DNA of 64,000 bases from positions 4,672,001 through 4,736,000 of the forward strand of contig CM000154.2 in assembly GCA_000004695.1 (NCBI GenBank), in the 5' to 3' direction. The position numbers were made by a program, and so were the translations under genes. The stretch is from Dictyostelium discoideum. Lineage: Eukaryota. This document shows, piece after piece, positions 13,587-25,071 of this stretch (the stretch's first letter is position 1; each line of letters begins with the position of its first letter). The notes beneath the pieces are model-generated. The model worked only from the letters and a program-made list of their open reading frames with translations, was not told the origin of the DNA and ran no database searches.

Positions 13587-16471
13587 AAAAGAAGAAAAAC
13601 AAATTTTGGTGATGAAGTGTTTTTTTTTTTTTAATCTAGATCTTTTTTTTTTTTTTTTTAGAAAATAATTTTCATTTTATTATCATTTTTCTTTTAATTA
13701 TCACCCACATTATCACATAATTAATAATCTCATCAATTGACATTAGTTACATTAATACCCTTTTTTATTTTTTAATTTTTTAATTTTTTTTTTTTTAATT
13801 TTTTAATTTTTTTTTTTAACTCATTATTTTAATAATTTCACTAAATCAAACATATTATCCAAATCGGTTTTGTGATATATATTCATGAAATATTATCATA
13901 ATAACTACCCCCAAAAATAAAAAAAATAATTAAAAAAATAATTAAAAAAAAAAATAACCCCCACAATAGAGAGATACACACTAATTAATGCAGACTATGA
14001 ATTTTTTTCACCCCCAAGTTATGATTCATTCAACATAATCACACCATAAAAATAAATAGAATTAATACACATTCTGCACAGTGTTTTTTTTTTTTTTTTT
14101 TTTTGTATTCCATCATCAATTAATATAATTTTAATTAATTTTAAATTTTTTTTATTTTTTTAAAAAAAAAAAAACCTTTTAAAAATACTTTTTATCTGAA
14201 AATGAATAAAAATACTTTTCAAAATTTTTGAAAAAAAAAAAAGAAAAAAAAGAAAAAAAAAAAAAAAAATACAGATTAAAGATTTTTTTTTATTTAAAAC
14301 AATAATAAAATAATAATAATAATAATATTAATAAAAAACACTCACACATTTATTTAAACACATTTATTCTTTTCACCCACATTTACAAAAGTTTTTATAA
14401 ATAATTAAATATTACTATAAAAAAACTGAAAAAACAGAAAAAATTAAAAAAGGTATGGCGCGCAGAATACACTTACTTTTTTTTTATAATTATAATAATA
14501 ATAAATTATTATATTTTAAAATTATTGTATTAGTTTTATTATTATTATTATTATTATTTTTTTAGAATAGTTATAAAAGGAATTCCTTTTTCTATTTTTA
14601 TTTTCTTTTTTTTCATTCAAAATAATAATTTAAACCCAAAATAAAATAAAATAAAATAAATTGTAAATAAAATTATAAAATAAAACACACCACATTTATT
14701 TATATAAATAAAATAATACAATTAAAAAGTGGAAATACAATACTTGAAAAGTAGTTATTCATTTGTTTTTATTATTTTATTTATACACACTACACACACA
14801 TACGCACACACTCCACATATTTAAAAAAAACAATGTAATATCATGATTCATAATTATCATATTATTATTATTATTATTATTTATAGGTGATGAATAAAAT
14901 TAAAATTATCTAAATAATCATTATTGTTAATAATATTTAAAAAAAAATATCTTTTCTATTCTTTTATTTTTTTTTATTTTTTTATTTTATTTATTTTATT
15001 TTTATTATTTTTTATTTTATTTTATAAATAACCACACACACACTCACACACACCACACCCAGGATAATAAGTTTTTATTTTTAAAAATAGAAACAAAACA
15101 TAAAAAAAAAATAAAAAAAAACAAAAAATAAAAAAAAAATAAAAAATCCATAAACCACAACTATCCTATTTTTTTGTTTTTTTTAATTTTTTTTTTTTTT
15201 TTTTGGTCAATGATTATTTTAATTCGTATATCTGAGAGTGTCTCTTTTTTAATGGGTATTTTTGTAATTCTTATCATCATCACCAATTTTTTTATTTTAA
15301 AATTTTTTTTTTTTATTCAATTTTTTTTTATTTAATTTTATTTTTAATATTTAATTTTTTTTTTTTTATTTTCTTAATATAAATTCCAGAAAAAAAAAAC
15401 AAAAAAAAAAAACATTATTTAATCAATTTTTATCCAATTAAAATCCAAATTTATCTAATTTATATTGGTAGGAATTTTAAAAGTAATGATAATAATAATA
15501 AAAAAAATTATTGAATATTCAAATACAAATAATATATATTTTTTTTATTTCTAAATATATATTTTTTATAAACCACCTTTTTTCTTTATTTTTTTTTTAA
15601 TTAATTTCCTAAAAGAAGGAAAAAAAAAGAAAAAAAGATTTTTTTTTAAATTAAAATTTTTACAGTTAAATTAAATAGTAATTTTTTAATATTATTATTA
15701 CAAATAAATAATTTTTTATAATATTATTTTTCTCATAATCAAATATCGTTATTATAAAAAAAAAAAACAAAAAAAAAAGATATTCATTTACACACCATTA
15801 AACACTTGAATATTTGACACTTACACCACACCCCACTCCCACAATTAAGTTAACCACAACACAACTTTCGAAACTACACCCACACACACAAGGGAAAAAG
15901 ATTTTATATATACAAACCGCACTATCTAATTTTATATGAACATTAAACTTTTCATTCGTGTAAAAAAAAAAAAAAAAAAAAAAACAAAAAAAAAAAACAA
16001 CCCCCACTTTCACAAAATATATACACACACATAATATCTAGGTCCGTTTTATTTTTTTTTTTTTTAGAATTTTTTTTTTTTTTTTTTTTTTTCTAAACAA
16101 CACGCATAAAATATTATAATTTTATTTTTATTTAAAAATATTTTAATTTTTTATTTTTTTTTATTTTTTTTATTTTTATATAAAAACCACACTATTTTTT
16201 ATTAAAAAACATTTATTTATATCATTGTTTTTTTTTTTTAAAATATTTATTTATTTTTTTGATTCACAAATATAAAATATTAATATATTTATAATTATTT
16301 TAGAAAAAAAAATATCTCAAACCAAAAATAGACAGCCTAAATATTTTAAAAGAAAAAAAACAAAAAATATACATTTTAAAATAATTAATAGCAATAATTA
16401 GTAATAACAGTTTTTAATTAATTTAAAAAAAAAAAAAAAAAAAACATAATTTATAATTTTTCCAACTTAAA

Positions 16472-16502
<31 letters not shown>

Positions 16503-16535
16503 AACCAACCATTATTTAAAAATTTTAATTAAAAA

Positions 16536-16566
<31 letters not shown>

Positions 16567-16664
16567 ATAATAAATAGTAATAACTTTTATTTATTTAATC
16601 AAAAATCAAACAATTTTTTAAATTAAAAAAAAAAAAAAAAAAAAAATAAATCAATCAAAATAAA

Positions 16665-18023
16665 ATGGAACCAATTTTAATTCCTTCACAACATAATAGA
16701 TTAGTTATTCCAAGTGAACCAAATGAAGAAGAATTTAATTATATAGCAGATGGATATAAAGGTAAATTAAATATTGATTCCTATGATATTATTTCAACCA
16801 TTGGTAGTGGATCATATGGTGAAGTTTGTATAGTAAGAGAAAAATCCACAAAACAAGTTTATGCAATGAAAAAAATATATTATACAGAAGTTAGTGATAC
16901 AGAATTAGTTGTATGTATTTTAATTAAAATTATTATTTTTTAAGAAAAAAAAAAAAAAAAAAAAAAAAAAATTTATTAATTTTATTTAATTTTATTTAAT
17001 TTTTAATAGAAAAAAAGAGCATTAAGAGAAAGAGATGCTATGGTAATTTGTAATAATAAAAATAATAAAAGAGCACCAAAATTATATTGTTCATTTATTG
17101 ATGATAATGAAGGAGTATTCTATTATGTAATGGAGTTTATTGCAGGTGGTGATTTCAATTCATATTGTTATAAACGTTTAGTTGATGGTAAAAAATTTAC
17201 AGAAGAAGAAATTAAATTCTATATAGCAGAGTTGGTATTATGTTTAGAAGCTTTTCATTCATATGGTTTACTTCATCGTGATGTTAAACCAGAGAATTTA
17301 ATGATAAATAAAGATGGTCATTTGGTTTTAGGTGATTTTGGTAGTTCGAAATTAGCAAATAATAGTGGTGGTGGTGGTGGTAATTTTGGTAATACATTAA
17401 CAGTGCCAATGTCAACATCATATTCAACATCACCATCGTCATCAATTTCATCATCATTATTGGGTGGTAGTGGCGGATTTACACCATCACATTGGAATGG
17501 AATGGCTGGAAGTGCAGGTTCATCATTTGGTTCTTCATCTTTGGGTAGATCATTCGATAATACACCACCAAATTTCAATTCATTCCTAAGAAATCCTCAT
17601 AGTTCCTATACTTCCTATATTGGTACTCCACAATATATGGCAGTTGAGGTGGTTCAAGGTGTAAATTATTCAAAACTTTGTGATTTTTGGTCATTGGGTG
17701 CTATCCTTTTCGAATTGGTAACTGGTCAAGCTTTATTTGTTGAATCACCAGATACAACCGAACAAAAGATTAGAGAAAACATTGGTAATTGGAGAGGTCT
17801 TTTAAATACTGCAGTACAAAAGAATCAACCAATGTCAAAACAAGCTGAATCTTTAATTAGAGAATGTATTGCTCCAGAACGTAAACGTCCTGATGCTTCA
17901 ACCATTAAAAAACATCCATTCTTTGAAGGTATTAATTGGGAAGAAATGGCAAATTTCAATGTTGAACCACCTTTTAAACCAACTTTATCAAGTGATGATG
18001 ATATTTCTTATTTTACAAATTAA
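16665..18023 (+). CDS. AGC-group Ser/Thr protein kinase with long activation-segment insert (NDR/LATS-like), 2 exons
   Basis: Exon 1 16665-16910 ('IGSGSYGEVCIVREKSTKQVYAMKKI', donor GTATGT), exon 2 17010-18023. Motifs 'ERDAM', 'LHRDVKPENLMINKDGHLVLGDFGSS', about 90-aa Gly/Ser-rich insert, 'GTPQYMAVEV', AGC tail 'HPFFEGINWEEMANFNVEPPFKPTLSSDDDISYF'. Confidence 0.85.
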
Positions 18024-18036
18024 ATTAAAAAATCAA

Positions 18037-18068
<32 letters not shown>

Positions 18069-18795
18069 AAGAAAAAAAAAAAAAAAAACAAAACAAAACG
18101 AAGAATCAAGAAAGAGGAAATTAAAGAAATTAGTGTCGGGTGTGTGCGCGTAAAACATTTTCTATATATTTATATATTTATATATCTATATTATTTCAAA
18201 TTTTAAAGTGAAATTGTATTTTCATTATTTTTTTTCAAAAGAAATACAACACTTTTATTATTATTATTATCATTTTTTTTTTTTTTAATTAATTAATTAA
18301 TCAACTATACATATTCAACACAATTTGCCTGTAAAGAAATTTCATTAACAAATTTAATTAATTGGTTAAATAGTTTTTCCAAATTTTATTAAAACTTTAC
18401 GAATATTAACGAATCATATTATTTTTTTATTTTTTTTTTTTAAAATTGAAAAAAAAAAAAAAAAAAAAAAATCTATAAATAAAGCATAATTTGTTTCTAA
18501 AAATATATATAATTATTAAGTTATTAATTTTTTTAATTTTTTTTTTTTTTTTTAAAATTTAAAAGTCTTTTACAATCTGTAAAATTATCTGCTCAGAAAA
18601 TTGAAAAAAAAAAAAATAAAATAAAATAATTTATTGATTTTTTTTTTTTTTTTTCTCAATTTTCCAAGCAGATAATTATATTGATTTTGATCAAAATTAT
18701 TAAAAACTGTAATTTAAATTGAAAAAAAAAATAATAAAAAAAAAAAATTAAATTATTATTCTAAAACCCACCACACTTTTTTTTTTTTTTATTTC

Positions 18796-19320
18796 CAACT
18801 TTTCTGACAGTCCAAATATAGGTAATGGAATATCGAAATTTTATGTTTATACAGATAAGGAGTCCTTTAAATTTGATAATAAACGTTGTATAGCATTTAA
18901 AGATGATTGTAAAATTTTATCAAAATTAGAAAAAAATCAAATTCCATCGAGTGTAATGTTATTTGATGGATTCAACCAGAAATTAATACAAAATATATTG
19001 CCAGAAGGTATTAAGTTATTGTATATAGGTGATGTAAAACAAGAATTGGTAATTGGATCAATTCCTAATACTGTGTTGACTGTCTTTTTAAAGATGGATT
19101 TAATCAAAAATTAACACCTGGTATATTACCAGAAAGTGTTGATGTATTGCATTTACGTGATATCAAACATGAGTTAACAATTGGTTCAATTCCTAATACT
19201 GTTAAGTTTGTCATTTTATTTGATGGATTCAATCAAAAATTAACGCCTTCTATATTACCAGAAGGTGTTAAATCATTGTATTTGGGTGATATAAAACAAT
19301 AATTAATTATTGGTTCAGTT
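18796..19320 (+). pseudogene. FNIP-repeat gene, tandem copy 1 (decayed: internal deletion, stop)
   Basis: Carries the conserved unit 'KFYVYTDKESFKFDNKRCIAFKDDCKILSKLEKNQIPSSVMLFDGFNQKLIQNILPEGIKLLYIGDVKQELVIGSIPNTV...'. Then a frame break ('TVLTVFLKMDLIKN*') and a premature stop at about 19300, followed by a non-homologous GC-containing insert at 19320-19380. Confidence 0.5.
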
Positions 19321-19428
19321 CATAGCCTTCACTCTTACTTAACTCATGGCCACAGCACCATTCAATAAATAAAACTAATAATGATATCTAAAACCAACTA
19401 ATACCAACCCAATGTACATAAATAAACA

Positions 19429-19517
<89 letters not shown>

Positions 19518-19739
19518 TTTGCTATTATCACAATTGTGCATAATATAAATTACTAACAACTCGAAAAAAAAAAAAAAAAAAAAAAACCAAGATTACATAG
19601 ATTTAAAAATCTCCCCCTCTGCGATTAGTTAATATATACTTTCAATTTTCTAATTTATAACTTTCATGTGTTCATTTATTCTAAAATAATTAAATAAAAA
19701 TTAAAAGCATGGAATGCACCTTTTATTCCTACCACTGTA

Positions 19740-20170
19740 AGGGGTGTCTTTATTAAATGGATTCAATCAAAAATTATCACCAGGTATATTACCAGAAGGT
19801 ATAACATCATTGTATTTATCTGGTATTAAACAAGAATTAATTAATGGTTCAATTCCTAATACTGTAAAGAGTGTCTCTTTATTAGTTCAATCAAAAATTA
19901 ACACCTGGTGTTGAATCTTTGGTTATAGGTGATATAAAACAAGAATTAATGATTGGTTCAATTTCTGATACTGTAACAAGTGTAAATGTTTCAAATAAGT
20001 TTAAACATCAAATTAAACCCTTTGTTTCTAATAAATCAATAATATCCCAATTTTAAAGAGAATCCTAATACTGTGACTCATGTCTTTTTAGAAGATGGAT
20101 TCAACCAAAAATTAACACCAGGTATATTACCAGAAGGTGTTGATTCATTGTCCATAGATGATATAAAATA
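19740..20170 (+). pseudogene. FNIP-repeat gene, tandem copy 2 (fragmentary, frameshifted)
   Basis: Repeats 'LNGFNQKLSPGILPEGITSLYLSGIKQELINGSIPNTVKSV' with a deletion that removes 'DGFNQ' in the next repeat and breaks the frame. It ends with the same 'VSNKFKHQIKPFVSNKS' tail as copy 4. Confidence 0.5.
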
Positions 20171-20282
20171 ATTTTAATAAAAAAAACTTCTTTAATATTT
20201 GTAAAAATTTTAACAATATTAATGACGATTTTTTAAATTTTTTTTTTTTTTATTATTTAAATAATATTTATTATTAAATTAA

Positions 20283-20360
20283 TAAACCTAAAACTTAAAC
20301 TGAGTTGAAATCTGACATAATGAAAATAACCATGCATGAAAAGAAAATCACCCAGACTTA
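20283..20360 (-). pseudogene. Orphan fragment of the 3' end of the JMJD5-like gene
   Basis: 'aaacctaaaacttaaactgagttgaaatctgacataatgaaaataaccatgcatgaaaagaaaatcacc' is a near-copy of 25085-25165, the last codons ('...FHYVRSLSTSLSLSFWFIKK*') of the gene at 25072-26587. Confidence 0.5.
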
Positions 20361-20685
20361 TTTTTAATTTTTTTTTTTTTTTTGTTTATTTTTAATTAAT
20401 AAAAGAAACAATTCATTCAAATAGAAAATTAACTCACAAAAAACCAATTATTTTCAAATTATTTTTAATTTTCATATTGATACCAATACAATTAAAATAA
20501 TTAAACAATATCAACAATCATTAATACTTTTAAATAATAATATCAATAATTTTAATAAATTAAAAGAATACAATAATCAATCCATTCATTATTATCAAAA
20601 AATAATTGGAGAAATTAAAAATAATTTTAAATTAATTTACACATTAAATAATAATAATAATAATAATAGTATAAATAATAATAAC

Positions 20686-20771
<86 letters not shown>

Positions 20772-20872
20772 TAATAATATTTATATTAATAGTAATAGAT
20801 ATGAAATAGAAATAGATGAAGATAATAATGAATTTTTTAAATGTAAGCTTAATTTATTTTTTTTATAGATGA

Positions 20873-21388
20873 TATTCACATTATTCTGACAGTGGAGGTC
20901 CAAATATAGATGGAATATCAAAATTTTATATTTACACAGATAAGGAATCCTTTGAATTTAATAATAAACGTTGTATAGCATTTAAAGAAGATTGTAGTAT
21001 TTTATCAAAATTAGAAAATAATCAAATACCATCGAGTGTAATGTTATTAGATGGATTCAATCAGAAATTAATACGAAATATATTACCAGAAGGTATTCTT
21101 TCATTGTATTTATGTGATATAAGACAAGAATTGATAATAGGTTCAATTCCTAATACTGTAGTGGGTGTCTATTTATTAGATGGATTCAATCAAAAAATAG
21201 AACCAGGTATATTACCAAATGGTATTAAATCATTGCACTTGTGTGATATAAAACAAGGATTAACCATTGGTTCAATTCCTGATGCTTTAGAGTATGTCTT
21301 TATAGAATATAGATTCAATCAAAAATTAGCACCTGATTTATTTCCAGAAACTATAAGATTTCAAAGACTCCAAAGATTTTTATATTAA
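20873..21388 (+). CDS. FNIP-repeat protein, tandem copy 3 (open frame; true 5' exon unresolved)
   Basis: Open frame 'HYSDSGGPNIDGISKFYIYTDKESFEFNNKRCIAFKEDCSILSKLENNQIPSSVMLLDGFNQKLIRNILPEGILSLYLCDIRQELIIGSIPNTVVGVYLLDGFNQKIEPGILPNGIKSLHLCDIKQGLTIGSIPDALEYVFIEYRFNQKLAPDLFPETIRF'. About 22-aa repeats with the FN[QI]xL/P and 'GSIPxxV' signature. Confidence 0.5.
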   Translation, partial: YSHYSDSGGPNIDGISKFYIYTDKESFEFNNKRCIAFKEDCSILSKLENNQIPSSVMLLDGFNQKLIRNILPEGILSLYLCDIRQELIIGSIPNTVVGVYLLDGFNQKIEPGILPNGIKSLHLCDIKQGLTIGSIPDALEYVFIEYRFNQKLAPDLFPETIRFQRLQRFLY

Positions 21389-21731
21389 TATAATTTCAAT
21401 TTCCTAATTATATATAACTTTCATTGGTTCATATATTCTAAAATAAATTAAAGAAAAATTAAAAGCATGAAATGAACATTATTCCTAATACTGTGTTTTA
21501 TTTAAATAATAGATATTAACATATATTAAAAAAACATATATTAAAAACCAGTGAAATAAATCATTTATTAAATCAAAAAATTATTAAAATTATTAAATAT
21601 TAATAAATACTAATTTTGCCACTTGAAAATAGAAACAAATTATATAGGAAGGAAAATAATAAAAATAAAATAATTTAAAATAAAAAAAATAAATTAGAAA
21701 TAATTTAAAAATAATTTAAAAATAATTTAAA

Positions 21732-21811
<80 letters not shown>

Positions 21812-21952
21812 TAATATTAATAATAATAATAATATTTTAATTAATAATAATATTTTAATAAATAATAATAAATATAAAATAGAAATGGATAAAGATAATA
21901 ATGAATTTTTTGAATGTAAGCTTTATTTATTGATTTATTTTTTCATAAATGA

Positions 21953-22603
21953 TATTTATATTATTCTGACAGTGAGGGCCTAAAAATAGATAATATTAAA
22001 AAGTTTTATATTTATACAGACAAGAAGCCTTTTAAATTTAATAAACTATGCATGGCATTTAAAGATGATTGTAATATTTTATCAAAATTAGAAAAAAATC
22101 AATTACCATCAGATGTAATGTTATTAGATGGATTCAATCAAAAATTCATACAAAATATATTACCTGAGGGTCTTGAATCATTGTATTTAGGTGATATAAA
22201 ACAAGAATTAGTTATTGGTTCAATTCTTTATACTGTAAAGAATGTCTATTTATTTGATGGATTCAATCAAAAATTAATACCTGCTGTATTACCAAAAGGT
22301 GTTAAATCATTGTTTATAGGTGATATTAAACAAAAATTAATTATTGGTTCAATTCCTAATACTGTAAGGAGTGTATATTTAGAAGATGGATTCAATCAAA
22401 AACTAGCACCTGCTATATTACCAGAAGGTGTTGAATCATTGGATTTAGGTGATATAAAACAAGAATTAATTAATGGTTCAATTCCTAAAACTGTAACCAA
22501 AGTAGTTGTTTCAAAAAAGTTTAAATACCAAATTAAACCCTATGTTTCTAATAAAGTTCAAACCACGGGAAAAATTAAAATTCACTGGGAGAAGTTTTAT
22601 TGA
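21953..22603 (+). CDS. FNIP-repeat protein, tandem copy 4 (most complete)
   Basis: '...KFYIYTDKKPFKFNKLCMAFKDDCNILSKLEKNQLPSDVMLLDGFNQKFIQNILPEGLESLYLGDIKQELVIGSILYTVKNVYLFDGFNQKLIPAVLPKGVKSLFIGDIKQKLIIGSIPNTVRSVYLEDGFNQKLAPAILPEGVESLDLGDIKQELINGSIPKTV...'. Five clean repeats. The conserved N-terminal box is shared with copies 1 and 3. Confidence 0.55.
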   Translation, partial: YLYYSDSEGLKIDNIKKFYIYTDKKPFKFNKLCMAFKDDCNILSKLEKNQLPSDVMLLDGFNQKFIQNILPEGLESLYLGDIKQELVIGSILYTVKNVYLFDGFNQKLIPAVLPKGVKSLFIGDIKQKLIIGSIPNTVRSVYLEDGFNQKLAPAILPEGVESLDLGDIKQELINGSIPKTVTKVVVSKKFKYQIKPYVSNKVQTTGKIKIHWEKFY

Positions 22604-22738
22604 TAAAAAATTAATAATGAAATGATTCATTAATTAAACAATTCTATTAAAAATAAAAACAAAAATAAAATTTCACAATAATATTATATTATAATAATCC
22701 TTTTTTTTTTTAATTTATTTTAATTTTAATTTTAATTT

Positions 22739-23758
22739 TTAATTAAACAATTCATTAAACATTGATAAAATTATTGAAATATGTTCTTCTTTTTCTATTT
22801 TTGGTATTTGTTTTATTTCATGTTTTTGAAATATTTTTTGAACTTTAATGATATCAGATGAAGGTAATTCATTTTCATTAATTGATGCAATTGCAAAAGT
22901 CGTGAAAATATTTGATAAAATTTCATCTTGATTTTGATTTGTAAAATAAAAATTTGTAAAAACAAATTGAGCATGATTTAATAATAAATAAATGATAGTT
23001 TGTTGAGTTGAATGTAGTTCAGGAATATCATCAACTATTGGTAAATTAATTAAAAAAGTATTTATCAAAATTGGTAATTCTGAGTAAATCATTTCATTTT
23101 GGTTTAAAATTATCTTACCCAATGCTGATATAATATTTTCTTTTGCACCATCATATTCAACTTGATTAATATCGATAGTAGTACCACTACCACTACCATC
23201 ACCATCACCATCACCATTTTTAGGTAAACAATTTAATAATAAATCTATTGATTTAGAAATGTATGGTCTAAAATTATCTTTATAATTTTCATTTTTACAT
23301 AACTTTGCACATGTGCCAATGCAACATGATGAATTTCTAATTAAAAAGTTTGTATAGATTTTGTTATTTTGAAATCCAAATTCAATAGTTGTATTCATTA
23401 TAGTGTGGAAATTATTGGTTGATGTAAATTCTTCACTACATTCTTCAAGTAATACACAAACAATTGAAAATAATGTTACTTTAAGAGCTGGAAATGAGTA
23501 TTTTAATCTTTTTAAAATCGTTGGTAAAAGGAATTCTATGAAAGAATCTGAATTTTCTCCATCTGTTTTTAATTCACTTGAAATACCACATAATGATGAA
23601 AATATTTTACAATAACCTTTATTTAATTCTCTTTGTAGCATATCATCTAATAATTCATTTTCATTAAATGATTTACCATTTTCAATTGTTTCATTTATCA
23701 TAGTTAAAAGTTGTTTCTTTTTATTTTCAAAATAAATTGGAAGTTCATTATTATTCAT
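22739..23758 (-). CDS. Hypothetical 339-aa protein, probably helical-repeat (ARM/HEAT-like); single exon
   Basis: Continuous ORF with non-low-complexity sequence ('FLLPTILKRLKYSFPALKVTLFSIVCVLLEECSEEF...', 'ALGKIILNQNEMIYSELPILINTFLINLPIVDD'). No homolog recognised. Confidence 0.5.
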   Translation of the reverse strand: MNNNELPIYFENKKKQLLTMINETIENGKSFNENELLDDMLQRELNKGYCKIFSSLCGISSELKTDGENSDSFIEFLLPTILKRLKYSFPALKVTLFSIVCVLLEECSEEFTSTNNFHTIMNTTIEFGFQNNKIYTNFLIRNSSCCIGTCAKLCKNENYKDNFRPYISKSIDLLLNCLPKNGDGDGDGSGSGTTIDINQVEYDGAKENIISALGKIILNQNEMIYSELPILINTFLINLPIVDDIPELHSTQQTIIYLLLNHAQFVFTNFYFTNQNQDEILSNIFTTFAIASINENELPSSDIIKVQKIFQKHEIKQIPKIEKEEHISIILSMFNELFN

Positions 23759-23975
23759 TTTTTTAATTTAATTTGTTTTTTTTTTTTTAGTGATGTTGCT
23801 TTTTAAAAAAGTAAAAATAAAATAAAAAAAAAAAAAATAAAAAAAAATTAAAATAAAACGAAAACAAAAAAATTCAGATATTTTTTAATTTTCTAAGAAA
23901 ATATTGACCAGTATATATCTGATTTTTATTTTTATTTTTTCATTTTTCTTTTTCTTTTTCTTTTTATTTTCATAT

Positions 23976-24009
<34 letters not shown>

Positions 24010-24039
24010 ATAATTTAATCAAAAAAAAAAACAAACAAG

Positions 24040-24074
<35 letters not shown>

Positions 24075-24099
24075 ATATATTCCAAAATCATTCAATTTT

Positions 24100-24790
24100 T
24101 GATCATATCTTTTAATTTCAATTAAAAATGGTTTAAATTTAGTTTTACAGTTTTGCCAATTTGATCAGGTAAAACAGATGTTGCCGATTTTAGTGAATCA
24201 TGTGTGAATAAAGGCATTGCTTTGTTGTATGTTAATAAAAGTCCAAATGCTTGTAATTTGCCAAAATGATAAGAAAGACCCATTAAATAATCAAACATTT
24301 GTCCAATGACCTTTGGATCATAAAATGAATCTTCATTACATTTGACTTGAATAAAACCAATATAATTTGTTTTTGATTTTAATAACCAATGATCTGGTTG
24401 TAATCCAACAATATCTTCTTGAGAAACAATTGAAATTTCATGTTCAAAGCATCTATAATAATAGGATTTGTAAAATTATAAAGTTCATATTCATTACGAG
24501 CAGTGAAAGTATCAGAGTCTGTATAAAGAGACAACACACATGATTCTTTATCACCATTCTTTTCTAAAAGATCTTCAAAATTTTGTATTCCAACCAAAGT
24601 GCTAAGTTGTAATTAACATTAATCATGATTTGATGAAGATTGTGATGTTGATGTTATAATGTACTTTGGTATGCCATTATCAATAAGATGTCTGATGGAT
24701 CTTTCTTTTTCTTTTTTTTGAAGTTCTTTTACTTTTTCTAAAAGTTCTTCATATGCTTTTTTGTAATCTATATTATTATCACTCATTTTC
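24100..24790 (-). pseudogene. Truncated, frameshifted duplicate of the N-terminal domain of the 40501-41902 gene (lineage-specific family)
   Basis: Minus-strand translation 'MSDNNIDYKKAYEELLEKVKELQKKEKERSIRHLIDNGIPKYIITSTSQSSSNHD...STLVGIQNFEDLLEKNGDKESCVLSLYTDSDTFTARNEYELYNFTNPIIIDAL' is collinear with 40501-41336 (+). A 14-nt deletion (relative to 'attatgtggtcttg' at about 40990) shifts the frame. Homology stops at 'KTVK', so the kinase-like C-domain is absent. Confidence 0.5.
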
Positions 24791-25071
24791 TATTTGGTGT
24801 GTTTAATTTGTATAAAGATACCTCTTTTTTTTTTTTATTATTTATTATTTATTATTTTATATTCAAAAAAAAAAAATTAAATAAAAAAATAAAAAAAATA
24901 AAATTTTGGCGGGATATTTTTTATTATATATTTATTTTAATTAAAACAATTCTAATAAAAATAAAAACAAAATTAAAACTTCACAATAATATTATATTAT
25001 AATATATTCCTTTTTTTTTTTAAAAAAAAAAAAATATTTCTTAATAAAATGATTAATGATGATTTTTAAAT

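Noticed and set aside
17318-17578. Antisense 86-aa ORF within the kinase activation-loop insert
   Set aside because: It is the reverse-complement reading of Gly/Ser/Pro codons of the kinase insert. It is not independent.
19400-21820. CRISPR-like or satellite interpretation of the periodic repeats at 18.8-22.6 kb
   Set aside because: The units are about 1 kb, protein-coding (FNIP repeats) and eukaryotic. The short repeats between them are plain (AAT)n microsatellites. There are no direct repeats or spacers of CRISPR dimensions.
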